Program-made: the position numbers and the translations under genes
The notes under the pieces: generated by a model
Databases searched by the model: none
What the model saw: the letters and a program-made list of their open reading frames with translations, nothing else
What the model was told of the DNA's origin: nothing
From: a virus
Taxonomy: Duplodnaviria > Caudoviricetes
Reading direction: 5' to 3' (one strand)
Virus record (IMG/VR): IMGVR_UViG_3300037421_000099
Coordinates: 1-54,124 of that record
Length of the DNA: 54,124 nt
Shown: positions 24,888-34,011 of the stretch, in pieces
Layout: each line of letters begins with the position of its first letter
Position numbering within the stretch: position 1 is the stretch's first letter

Positions 24888-27800
24888 TTAGCGACGGGGC
24901 TTTTTCTTGCCGATGTAGCGCGAGCGAGCAACGCCGTCGGAGTCTCGCCAGTAGGCGTACCAGTAGGGCCCGTGGGGGCACTTGGTGCAGCCAGGCTTGC
25001 TGCATCGAACGTACTGCTGGGTCAGGGTGGCTTCGTCGGGAACGCCGTCTAAGCGCTCTTGCGCGGGCGGCAGAGGGTTCGGCTTGGCGTAGCCGGCGCG
25101 CACTCTGCTGGCGCGGCCTGCGGGCGCCAGGAGCTTGAACAGGCCCACGACGGCGGCCGTGCCGAGGACGGCGGTCGCGGTTACGACCACCGCCTTGTGT
25201 GCAGACTCATCTGTCTTGTGTGCAGACTCAGCAGTTTCGCCAACGGTCTTATTTACAGGCTCTACAGTCTTGTGTGCGGACTCATTAGTCTTATTTACAG
25301 ACTCAGCAGTCTTATATGCAGGCTCAGCAGTCTTATATGCAGGCTCATACGTAGAGCCCGTGAGCTGATTCATCCTCCGCCGGATGAACTCGAGCTCTTC
25401 GTCGTCGATGTTTGCGGACTCATCCGCTTTATAAGCGGACTCATCTAGTCGCAGGAGGTTCCACCACGACCACGTAGCGCCTCCGCCTCCTCCCGAGCTG
25501 GACACGCCGGGGATGAAGCCACGAGGCCCTGGGGGCGGTTGTGGAGGCGTGGGAGGAGTCGGCGGGGTGGGGTTGACCGGCGAGAGCGGCGGCTCTTCGT
25601 AGACCGACAGCGGTGGACGAATCCGCCGCTGCACGTCTTCGAAGACCCACCCGATGTTGGCCAGGACAACGAAGCGCGGTTCGAGCGCCGGGTCTTCAGG
25701 GACCGGTGGCTTGGTGCGTTCTCTTGGAGTCGTCTCCGATGGCACCCATCCGATCGACGGCAGGACGACAACGTGAAGCGTTTGGATGACCGGGTCTTCC
25801 GGAACGGGCGGCTTGGTGCGCTCGCGCGGCTGCACGTCGCTGGGTACCCATCCGATCGACGGGAGTGTGCTCTTGAGCGGGAAGTCCGCTTCGGCCAGGG
25901 CCGGCGGCTTTCGACGAGGGGTAACTTCGTCCGGAACCCACCCCAGGCCATCGATTCGGATCTGCGTTAGCGGCAGATCGAATTCGACGGGAGGCTTAGT
26001 GCGCTCTCTCGGTTGAACGTCGACACTTACCCAACCGATCGACGGCAGCACCGTGGGCAGGCCGTGTAGGATCGGGTCTTCTTGGATCGGGGGCTTGGCG
26101 CGCTCTCTGGGCGTCGAGTCCGACGGCACCCAGCCGAAGCTCGAGAGCGAGACGGACCTCGGCTCGAGAGTGGGATCTTCCTGAACGGGTGGCTTCATCC
26201 GCTCCCGGGGAAGGACTTCGATGGGTATCCACCCGATAGAACTCGCTACGAACGGAGATGTCGTTTTGACGAGCGGATCTTCTTGGATGGGGGGCTTGGT
26301 CTTCTCTCTGGGAAGAATGTCAACAGAGAGCCAGCCGATTGAAGGAAGCGACGGAGCTGTCAGTGATTTGACGAGTGGGTCTTCTTGGACTGGAGGCTTG
26401 GTGTGCTCACGAGGCTGGACGTCGACCGGGATCCACCCGAGTGACAGCAGAGGCTTGGTAGCTGTCAGCGCCGAGTCTTCTTGAATGGGCGGTTTCGCGC
26501 GTTCTCTGGAAGAGACGTCTGAAGGGATCCATCCAAGGTTCGAGAGGAGCGACTTGCCGAGCGCCGGATCTTCTTGAACGGGAGCTTTGGTGCGAGGGCG
26601 CGGGATAGTTTCGACAGGGATCCATCCGAAGCTCAGGAGCGGCGGCTTGGTCGACTCGAGCAGCGGATCTTCTTGAATGGGAGCCTTCGCACGAGCACGC
26701 GCATCAGCCTCGACGGGCATCCACCCGATGCTTCTTGGCATCAGGGGCGTGAGCGGCATTGGCGGGTCTTCGAAGGTCTGCTTTCTGCGAGATGGAAGCG
26801 TTTCGTCGCTCGCCCATCCGCTCGTAAACGGAATGGTCGCCGTGCTGGTGGCTTCTGATTCGGGACTGATATAGGGACGTCGCCGTGGAAGTGTTTCGTC
26901 GCCTACCCATCCAAAACTAGCGATCGTCTGAGCTTTGGCACTAAGGATTGGATCTTCTTGAATAGGCGCTTTAGTGCGTTCGCGCGGCTGAAAGTCGGAC
27001 GGAATCCATCCGATGTTGGTTGTGATAACCGTTCGCTGCTCTATTGGGGGATCTTCTTGAATTGGTGGCTTACTTCTTTCGTGCGGAAGTATGTCGACCG
27101 GTACCCAACCGATTGATCCGAGAGCCGCTGCAGCGATTCTAGCTAGAGCTTCAGGCCCTGACTCGAACGTATATTTGGATCCGTACTTGCGAGGTAATAC
27201 AAACTCATTTTCGTTATGAATTTGTTCCGGCTTGAACGCTACTAGATTGATGTCCCATGCTGCGCTTGAGGCCTGCGTGGGGGCCGACGTTTGCGAGCCC
27301 GCCGCGCCGGCGACCTTGTATTCGACGCAGTTACCGAAGGGATCATCGAGAAACAGTTGCGTCCAGCCCGCGGTACCTGCGCTGACGTGATTGGTAACTG
27401 AGGTGAGTGAGAGAAAGATTTCTCCGGCGAATTTAGAGGTGCCCGAGATTGATGGCGAACCGCTGCCTCCGGTCGTCACGTTCGCGACATCGAGCGGCGA
27501 CACGGTGTCCGCTCCCGTGATGTAGATGGCGGCGATCGACGCGAACGCATCGGTCAGGTTCCCTGATGCGGTGAGGGTGATCGTGTTGGCTCCCGCGCCG
27601 GCCGCCGCGATGTTCTTCGCGTAGTACGCGTACAGGCCGGGCGTCGCATTGCTGGCCCCCGGGATGTTCGCGTACGTGTTGCCGGACGCATCGATGATCG
27701 ACGAGATGCTCAGAGCCGGATCGAGGTTGATCAGCAGGAGGAGTAGCCCACCCGCGGCCTGCGCTGCGGGGAGCGCGATCTTGAGCTTCGTCGCCCAATC

Positions 27801-28094
27801 GCTACCGCCCGAGCCTGCCCCCCACTTGCCCCACACCCAGGACTTGCCGGCGATTGTCGTGCTCGCCGCCACGTGCAGCGTTGCGGATGTGCCGGTGGGA
27901 AAGGCGTCAAAGGTTGTCGTCAGGTCCGCGCCCGCCGCTCCAGCGCCGCGGAGAGTAACGCTCGTGTTTGCGGGCGTTACTGACGTGAACGGGATGTCTC
28001 CGCCGCTGACCGTGAACGCTGTCTGCGTAGCGGTAACGTTGCCGTTATTCAGCCAGTACGTGACGGTTCCGGAGTCGGCGACTGCGCAGGGCAT
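24888..28094 (-). CDS. large modular virion-associated repeat protein (beta domain, 16 GW repeats, heptad repeats, TM, DUF6788-like C-terminus)
   Basis: 1068-aa ORF; repeats SIGWxPxDxxPRERTKPPIQEDP; C-terminal RCSKPGCTKCPHGPYWY. Confidence 0.75.
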   Translation of the reverse strand: MPCAVADSGTVTYWLNNGNVTATQTAFTVSGGDIPFTSVTPANTSVTLRGAGAAGADLTTTFDAFPTGTSATLHVAASTTIAGKSWVWGKWGAGSGGSDWATKLKIALPAAQAAGGLLLLLINLDPALSISSIIDASGNTYANIPGASNATPGLYAYYAKNIAAAGAGANTITLTASGNLTDAFASIAAIYITGADTVSPLDVANVTTGGSGSPSISGTSKFAGEIFLSLTSVTNHVSAGTAGWTQLFLDDPFGNCVEYKVAGAAGSQTSAPTQASSAAWDINLVAFKPEQIHNENEFVLPRKYGSKYTFESGPEALARIAAAALGSIGWVPVDILPHERSKPPIQEDPPIEQRTVITTNIGWIPSDFQPRERTKAPIQEDPILSAKAQTIASFGWVGDETLPRRRPYISPESEATSTATIPFTSGWASDETLPSRRKQTFEDPPMPLTPLMPRSIGWMPVEADARARAKAPIQEDPLLESTKPPLLSFGWIPVETIPRPRTKAPVQEDPALGKSLLSNLGWIPSDVSSRERAKPPIQEDSALTATKPLLSLGWIPVDVQPREHTKPPVQEDPLVKSLTAPSLPSIGWLSVDILPREKTKPPIQEDPLVKTTSPFVASSIGWIPIEVLPRERMKPPVQEDPTLEPRSVSLSSFGWVPSDSTPRERAKPPIQEDPILHGLPTVLPSIGWVSVDVQPRERTKPPVEFDLPLTQIRIDGLGWVPDEVTPRRKPPALAEADFPLKSTLPSIGWVPSDVQPRERTKPPVPEDPVIQTLHVVVLPSIGWVPSETTPRERTKPPVPEDPALEPRFVVLANIGWVFEDVQRRIRPPLSVYEEPPLSPVNPTPPTPPTPPQPPPGPRGFIPGVSSSGGGGGATWSWWNLLRLDESAYKADESANIDDEELEFIRRRMNQLTGSTYEPAYKTAEPAYKTAESVNKTNESAHKTVEPVNKTVGETAESAHKTDESAHKAVVVTATAVLGTAAVVGLFKLLAPAGRASRVRAGYAKPNPLPPAQERLDGVPDEATLTQQYVRCSKPGCTKCPHGPYWYAYWRDSDGVARSRYIGKKKPRR
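25195..25445. repeat. 21-bp tandem repeats with internal dyad GACT-N4-AGTC
   Basis: Units such as ACAGACTCAGCAGTCTTATAT and GCGGACTCATTAGTCTTATTT; AT-rich. Confidence 0.7.
25600..27120 (-). repeat. 16 degenerate coding repeats of about 30-34 aa
   Basis: 16 GW-anchored units counted in the translation; boundaries approximate. Confidence 0.8.
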
Positions 28095-28100
28095 GGGCTT

Positions 28101-29720
28101 TTATCGAATCCCGTCTGCGACCAGCCATCGGCTCAATGCCGTAGGTGTGGCCTGCACGAGCAGAACCCAATCGTTGTCACCGCCTGCGTTTGCGCCTGGC
28201 ACCGTGAACGTGTGGCTGCCGACGCTTACGAGAGACGCGATAAACGTCCGCTGTCCGTTGGTCGGGTCGATCCAGTACGCACTCGCGTTGCTTCCGAGCT
28301 TGGTCATGTCCACACCAAAGCTCCCGGAGTGCGGGTCCGGTACGTAGGCCAGTAGGCACGACTTGTCGTCGGCCGCAGACGACACGATCCAATCCGTGCC
28401 GCCGCTCGGCGGATTCGTGTCGCTGTAGCTCGCGGCAGTCCCCTGTCCCGACGTGATGATCGTACCCATGGCCCCTAGGTTTTCGGGGATGAGTCGCCAC
28501 CAAGGAACCGTTGCAAGAAAGTTTCCGACTTGCGCATGATCGAGCGTGGCTACATGACTAAGTAGATTCGCCATGCCACCTATCGTACCGCTCACCGCGC
28601 AAAGCCAATTCCACGTGACTCCGCCGTCTACGATGCCGCTTCCTGTTCCTGTCGGCCCGCCGCTCCCTGCACTAGTGCCGGCGGCAACACATTGGTACCA
28701 ATTGCCTGAGTGATTCACGATTGTGTTGATCAGGTACGTGAAGCTGGCCTGCCAGCAGGTTGCAAGGCTTCCCGTGACTCCGTCTACACTGGTCGCGAAA
28801 CCCCAGAGCGGCGTGAGCGCGTTCATGCAGCCGCCGCATTGCGACGTGATGGAAGCGGCCCATGACTCGTATCGCGAGATCGCGCGCGTGACCGAGTGTT
28901 CCCCGAAGTACCAGTTTTCGGGTGAGATCATTGGCTGTCCATCGGGGTAAAGACTGCGCCCCATGGCGTACATAACTGGCTGCGAGTACAGGCTACGAGC
29001 TGTTATACGACTAGCGAAGTCTGTTTGATCCTGTTTGTAGTTGCGCTGCCAGTGGTATGAAACCGGCTGATTGCAGCCGTTCGCTTGCAGGCCCTTCAGG
29101 ATCTCGAGCGAACGAAGCGCTCCCGTGCCTCCGTTAGTTGGGAGCGTATCGCCGCCACAGATCCAGATAATGTTGCTACGGCTCGCAAAGCCGGTAAAGG
29201 CGCCGTGTCCGTTGGCGAGGTACGCGCCGAACGCGTTACATACCCCGGTCGTATTCGCGCTGTTCGTTACAGTGGTGAGCCACCCGTCGGCCGCGCCCTG
29301 ATTGAAACCCGAGTAACAGAATGCAAATGCGATTGTGATGCCGCGCGCGCCGGCATCATCCACGAACCCAGCGACCTTGGAGAAGTACGCGTCGTTCGGC
29401 GTAGAGAAGTCGGCGTCGTGATTCCCAAAGACGCCCGTCCACGTCGTGCCGGACGTGTTCTTCAGAAAGGGAAGCTCGCCCGTCTGCAAGGCGGGCGCAT
29501 TGCTTGCCGACCAGTAGGGCACGCTTGAACACACGTACGTGTAGAGAACCGTGAACCCTTTCGCCTTGCGATCGTCCAGGTACGCACGCCAATCTGTCTG
29601 ACTCAGGTTGATGTGCGCATCCCACGACGCTTCGCCGTGTATGCGAAACGGTATAGATCCGTTCGCAGTATCGACGAAATATCGACCGTTACCGGAAACA
29701 GCGGGTGAGGGGACCGCCAT
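28101..29720 (-). CDS. DUF4038 (GH140-like) hydrolase with CBM-like insert and collagen-binding-like C-terminal domain
   Basis: NGRYFVD...PF...YLDDRKAKGF, NIIWICGGD, ENWY, PWWRLIP, YWIDPTNG, NDWVLL. Confidence 0.8.
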   Translation of the reverse strand: MAVPSPAVSGNGRYFVDTANGSIPFRIHGEASWDAHINLSQTDWRAYLDDRKAKGFTVLYTYVCSSVPYWSASNAPALQTGELPFLKNTSGTTWTGVFGNHDADFSTPNDAYFSKVAGFVDDAGARGITIAFAFCYSGFNQGAADGWLTTVTNSANTTGVCNAFGAYLANGHGAFTGFASRSNIIWICGGDTLPTNGGTGALRSLEILKGLQANGCNQPVSYHWQRNYKQDQTDFASRITARSLYSQPVMYAMGRSLYPDGQPMISPENWYFGEHSVTRAISRYESWAASITSQCGGCMNALTPLWGFATSVDGVTGSLATCWQASFTYLINTIVNHSGNWYQCVAAGTSAGSGGPTGTGSGIVDGGVTWNWLCAVSGTIGGMANLLSHVATLDHAQVGNFLATVPWWRLIPENLGAMGTIITSGQGTAASYSDTNPPSGGTDWIVSSAADDKSCLLAYVPDPHSGSFGVDMTKLGSNASAYWIDPTNGQRTFIASLVSVGSHTFTVPGANAGGDNDWVLLVQATPTALSRWLVADGIR

Positions 29721-29746
29721 CGTGGCTCGCCCCTCTCATTTCCTTG

Positions 29747-29962
29747 CTACTTCGCAGCCAGGGCCGTGAAGTCGTAGAGGACGTCTTCGCTGAAGTGGTT
29801 GAAAAGCTTCTCGTCGGTCACGGTCAGCGTGAGCGTCAGTTCCTGCTCGGTGTGAACGTTGTGCCCCACCGACTCGGGGGAGAACTTGAACGTCTGGACG
29901 AGGATCTTACCCTCGCTGTCCTTGGAATCGTTCACGCTCTGGCATCGCAGTCTGGTCTTCAT
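29747..29962 (-). CDS. hypothetical protein
   Basis: GAGG RBS, typical codon usage. Confidence 0.6.
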   Translation of the reverse strand: MKTRLRCQSVNDSKDSEGKILVQTFKFSPESVGHNVHTEQELTLTLTVTDEKLFNHFSEDVLYDFTALAAK

Positions 29963-29969
29963 GGTTTCC

Positions 29970-30308
29970 TCACTCTAGGCCACACGCCCGGAGTACGCTA
30001 CGGCGCTGATGTGCTCTCTTGGAGAGCTCGACGAACGCTTTGAATTCCTGCTCGCGCTCGACATTGCCGGTCTGAAACCCGTTGACCAGCCCCGCATCGT
30101 ACTGGTCCAGCCGGCGCTCGAAGTTCATGCAGCGCCCGAACGCGTGACACTCGTCGCAGACCCACCACTGACACGACCAGCACTTGGCGACCTCGAGTTT
30201 CTTACCCTCGAGAGAGTACATCGGGACGATCTGCTGACAGTGGCAGCAGGTATGGGTCTCCTGTACCTGCTGCCGAAAGCCGTCGCCCTCGAGTATCCGA
30301 GCCGCCAT
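29970..30308 (-). CDS. Zn-binding hypothetical protein
   Basis: TCCHC, KCWSC, VCDEC. Confidence 0.6.
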   Translation of the reverse strand: MAARILEGDGFRQQVQETHTCCHCQQIVPMYSLEGKKLEVAKCWSCQWWVCDECHAFGRCMNFERRLDQYDAGLVNGFQTGNVEREQEFKAFVELSKRAHQRRSVLRACGLE

Positions 30309-30314
30309 GGCGGC

Positions 30315-30767
30315 TTACTGCTGGCAGTGGCAGTTGACGCCGAAGTTGCCGGCCGCGCCTCCGACGGAGGTGACGATCTGCCAGCCGACGCCGGTCGCAG
30401 CGCCAGCGGTGATGATGATCTCGTCTGCACGGTCGTAGGCCTGCCACTTGTAGGTCAGGCGCGGGTTCATCACGACCTCTTCCAAGAACCCCGAGTAGGT
30501 CGGCTCGATGGTCGCGTTCGCGCCGCCCGTCATCGTGAAGGTCAGACCTTCGTCCGAAGGGTCGGTCGACTTGGCGGTGACGGCTGTCGTCGTTCCGAGC
30601 GCGGTCGCGCGCGCGAGCTTCCAGTCGATGCCCTGGTCTGACGTCGGCGTGCCGTCCGTCCAGCAGTTGTACGAGAGGATGCGCGGCCGAGTGTTGGTGC
30701 CCGAGCCGAGGATCAGCGGGGTCTTGGTGATTGCGACGGCGATTTTGCCAGGCCAGAGGAGGTTCAT
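30315..30767 (-). CDS. putative small beta-rich virion protein
   Basis: Thr/Gly-rich beta-like composition. Confidence 0.55.
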   Translation of the reverse strand: MNLLWPGKIAVAITKTPLILGSGTNTRPRILSYNCWTDGTPTSDQGIDWKLARATALGTTTAVTAKSTDPSDEGLTFTMTGGANATIEPTYSGFLEEVVMNPRLTYKWQAYDRADEIIITAGAATGVGWQIVTSVGGAAGNFGVNCHCQQ

Positions 30768-30916
30768 GTGCGGGTTTTCCTGGGGGTTGCAGGAAATCGT
30801 ACCCGGCACAGTTGTGGCTAGCAAGCTTCTTCAGTGGAGCTCGCCGAGTAGCAAACAGAGCTGTACGATCGTTACCGCAGCGAAGAGAGCTACGCCGATC
30901 CAGGTCCAGCGCGGAA

Positions 30917-31444
30917 TCATGGTGTGCGCCGGACGTCGAACATGAAGTGGATCCGCGGCGTCTCGCCGTAGTTGTGCACGGAGTGCTCTTCGCGCGTGTC
31001 GACGAGGTACGCGGTCCCCACTTCGAGCTCGAAACCTGTTCCGTGCGTAGGTGAGTCCCATACGGTGATGTTGGCGCCGTCCGGGCATGGGGTTGGAGTC
31101 GTAAGCGGCACGTGTACGCGTGTAATCCATTCCGGCGGCTGCGCGTCTCGGTGCCGGTCGATGTGGTGGCCGGGCATGACGACGGAGAGCATGCGGTTGT
31201 ACGCTTCGGGCGCGGACAGTAGAGCCATGTGAGCTCTCAGCTCGAAAACGAGCCTATCCGTCCTATCGCCGAACCCGTGCCACTCCAGATCATTCACCAT
31301 CGCCGGCCGCAGCTCTCCGTTCAGCCGATGCTGCTGCGGCCACTCCTCGAACGGGATGGCCGTGATCCAGGCGACGAGATCGGACACGTCGACCTTGCAG
31401 AGAGGTCGAACGTGCTTCCAGAGTGAAGCTGCCTGAGGGCTCAT
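30917..31444 (-). CDS. aspartyl/asparaginyl beta-hydroxylase-like 2OG-Fe(II) oxygenase
   Basis: PGHHIDRHRD, RVHVPL, EHSVHN..TPRIHFMFD. Confidence 0.85.
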   Translation of the reverse strand: MSPQAASLWKHVRPLCKVDVSDLVAWITAIPFEEWPQQHRLNGELRPAMVNDLEWHGFGDRTDRLVFELRAHMALLSAPEAYNRMLSVVMPGHHIDRHRDAQPPEWITRVHVPLTTPTPCPDGANITVWDSPTHGTGFELEVGTAYLVDTREEHSVHNYGETPRIHFMFDVRRTP

Positions 31445-31734
31445 TCGCCGAGCCTGAATTTCTCGAATCGTTGCTGGCGAGTCACCGTGAAGAAGCTGAC
31501 CCACACCTCGTCGCGCGGCACGTGGTCTCCGCTCTCGACGAATCCAGCCCATGGGTTGGTCTCGAAGATGATGCTCGAAACTTTCTCGACTTGCGACGGA
31601 TGGCACGTGACGCGATCGAGGATCATTCTCGGTGTCTTGGAAAACTCCCAGTGGATGGAGCTCGCGTCGATGTGACGGCGCGTGGACTGGTACCAGGCGC
31701 GGAACGTCGAGATGTTTGATAGGGCTGCGCTCAT
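31441..31734 (-). CDS. hypothetical protein
   Basis: Coupled ORF. Confidence 0.5.
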   Translation of the reverse strand: MSAALSNISTFRAWYQSTRRHIDASSIHWEFSKTPRMILDRVTCHPSQVEKVSSIIFETNPWAGFVESGDHVPRDEVWVSFFTVTRQQRFEKFRLGE

Positions 31735-32474
31735 TACTCTTTCTCCCAGTCGAATTCCGCACCACCCTCTTCAAGCTGCTTTTGCATATCCCCCGAGTAA
31801 CCGTGCCGCACATAGTGCACCGTCTTCGCTGTCGTGCAGCAATGCACTTTCAGCCCCACCTGACGCGCGTGGTCGCAGAACGTGAAGTCCTCGCCTCGGA
31901 ACGAGGGGACCGGATTCTCGTCCTCGGTCTGCGTGCGCTTGAAGTCGAAGAGCATGTACCTGGGCTCGATCTTCGCCCCGATACGCGTCTCCGGCAGCTG
32001 TTCGATCATGCGTACGACGGCGCGACGCGAAGCCATGAACATGCCCGTGCCGACCGCGCGCATCTCGATGAAGCGGTGCCCATCGAGCTCGAAGCCGCGG
32101 AAGCGTTTCGCTTCTAGGTCTTCCGGGAAGTATTCGAGCGCGAAGCGAACGCCCGTGCTCATGACGTAGGCGCCGCCGATCACATCTCCCCTCCCGGAGA
32201 TAATCGCCTTAGCCATCGCGGTCGCCGAACTCGGATCGAATTGCGTGTCGGCGTCGAACGTGAACATGAGGTCAGCGCCCGTGTGCAGAAACCGGTGCTG
32301 GAGCTCGGTACGCGCGACATGGATCATCGAGCATCCGTGCAAGAGGTCTGGCCTGATGACCCTGTACCCCTCGGACTTGAGGTACTCGGTTACGTCCCAC
32401 ATCGACAGAGCCACCTCGGGCTCCATTTGCCGGTGGACAGGTCCGCAAAGAAACACGGTCGGAATCGGACTCAC
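31734..32474 (-). CDS. GT-A fold glycosyltransferase
   Basis: ARTEL, FDADT, GTGMF, GEDFTFC, H. Confidence 0.8.
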   Translation of the reverse strand: MSPIPTVFLCGPVHRQMEPEVALSMWDVTEYLKSEGYRVIRPDLLHGCSMIHVARTELQHRFLHTGADLMFTFDADTQFDPSSATAMAKAIISGRGDVIGGAYVMSTGVRFALEYFPEDLEAKRFRGFELDGHRFIEMRAVGTGMFMASRRAVVRMIEQLPETRIGAKIEPRYMLFDFKRTQTEDENPVPSFRGEDFTFCDHARQVGLKVHCCTTAKTVHYVRHGYSGDMQKQLEEGGAEFDWEKE

Positions 32475-33193
32475 GCGTCACCTCCCAGGTCGATCGTTAC
32501 ACCCATGCGCTCTAGCTGCTCGTCGAGTTTCGTCACGTAGGCGCGCTCACCGATGTGGACGACGCGCGAGGTCGAGAGCGCATGTACTTTGTAGCCGATC
32601 TCTTTGGCCATGCGCTCGAAGGTGTACTCCTCGCTCTGAAAAACGTGGTGTACCGTCTCCCAGTTGAAGATGATCGGCGTACGTCCTGAACGGGTCGGAG
32701 TGCGCGGCGGGTCACCGACAGATGCCGTAACGCGCTCGACGCATTCGCGCGAGAACGCGATCATGCCGGCGCCGATGCGGTCGACCTCGACGAACGTGTG
32801 CTCGCGCAGCTTGAATCCCTGAACGGTCTTGGTGCGCGTCGTGCCAACGGTAAGCTGCACGTTCGGCCGGCACGACTCGTCTTTGATCGAGATTGCCGCC
32901 CCGGCGATGTGTGCACGTCCGATACCGATTGCTTCGGCGAGGATCATCATCTCGTACGGTCGCCACACCTGATCGGCGTCAACCTGGACCATGATCTCGG
33001 ATTCGGAGCGCAGGAAGTGTTCCGCGATTGTTGAGCGCTGAAGTCCGAGCTGTGCGCTCCCGCGTGAGTGTGCGAAACGGTGGCGATGCACGACGTATCC
33101 GCGCTCGCGCATCGAGTCGAGCGTGTCGATGAAGGAGTCAGCGAACTCGGGGTGGAGCATCCCGTAGACTGGGGAGGCTAGAAAAATCTTCAT
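32471..33193 (-). CDS. GT-A fold glycosyltransferase (paralog)
   Basis: MKIFLASPVYG, VDADQ, GAGMI, SEEYTF, HIG. Confidence 0.8.
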   Translation of the reverse strand: MKIFLASPVYGMLHPEFADSFIDTLDSMRERGYVVHRHRFAHSRGSAQLGLQRSTIAEHFLRSESEIMVQVDADQVWRPYEMMILAEAIGIGRAHIAGAAISIKDESCRPNVQLTVGTTRTKTVQGFKLREHTFVEVDRIGAGMIAFSRECVERVTASVGDPPRTPTRSGRTPIIFNWETVHHVFQSEEYTFERMAKEIGYKVHALSTSRVVHIGERAYVTKLDEQLERMGVTIDLGGDA

Positions 33194-33441
33194 GGACTCA
33201 CGCTCACTCCTTCTCGCCCCGACTCGGGGTCCTTCCACGCAGTTGCTTCGCGAGCTTGCGCAACGCGCGCGCCCACTCCTCGCAGCCTTCGCCAACGCGA
33301 TCACGTCGACCGGCTCCAAGCCCCTGAACACCGTCAGCTTCCAACGCCCCGAGGCGACGTCGATATCGAAGGACCACGGCAACAGGCCGCGTCGCGCGCT
33401 GGCGGTCGTCATGTCGTGGACGGTGGCCTTCGGTCGCTTCT

Positions 33442-33699
33442 TCACCGCGTGTCGTCCTTTGCCGGGGGCACGTTCTTCCTGTCGCCGTGGTTGCCGAAGT
33501 GCTCCTTTGCGCACGGTACGCAGAAGACTGCAAAGCAGTAGGCGCATCGGATCGCGGTGTGCTCCACATCAAGAAATGGCCGGTCGAAGAACACCGGCTC
33601 TCCGCACCCGTCCTCACCCGGCGACCACTTGGTGCCCAGCGCTCCAGTTCCGCAGAACGAGTGCGGCTGCGTGCGGTCGAAGTCTACGATCCGGCTCAT
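33442..33699 (-). CDS. Zn-binding hypothetical protein
   Basis: RCAYC..FCVPCAKEHF. Confidence 0.55.
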   Translation of the reverse strand: MSRIVDFDRTQPHSFCGTGALGTKWSPGEDGCGEPVFFDRPFLDVEHTAIRCAYCFAVFCVPCAKEHFGNHGDRKNVPPAKDDTR

Positions 33700-33938
33700 C
33701 GGTCCTTGACTCCTTCCGGTTCGGTTGCGTGGTCGCGAGACGGGGGCACGTCTGCCCAGCCGTGCGAGACGGCTTTGACTCCGGTCAAGGCGTGCTCGGC
33801 GATGACCCGGAGAGCCTCTTCCTTGGTCTCGAATCGCCATGCCTTCGGATCGGTAAACGTCACCCACCGGAACGACGTGTCTCCGTTCGAGTAGCAGAGG
33901 TGGACGTCGAGTCGTTCGATCAGCCACGCGGTCGTCAT
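33696..33938 (-). CDS. hypothetical protein
   Basis: AAGGA RBS; AWLIE...AWRF..EEA...HGW. Confidence 0.6.
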   Translation of the reverse strand: MTTAWLIERLDVHLCYSNGDTSFRWVTFTDPKAWRFETKEEALRVIAEHALTGVKAVSHGWADVPPSRDHATEPEGVKDR

Positions 33939-34011
33939 GCTCACTTCCTTTCGGTCGTCTGCTCCGGAGAAGGGGGCAGATTCGCTAGCCGCGCGCTCGG
34001 TTGGCACGGTC

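Noticed and set aside
25195-25445. CRISPR array
   Set aside because: The repeats are tandem without unique spacers, lie in frame within a gene, and there is no cas operon; the Cas4-like gene is a phage-type nuclease.
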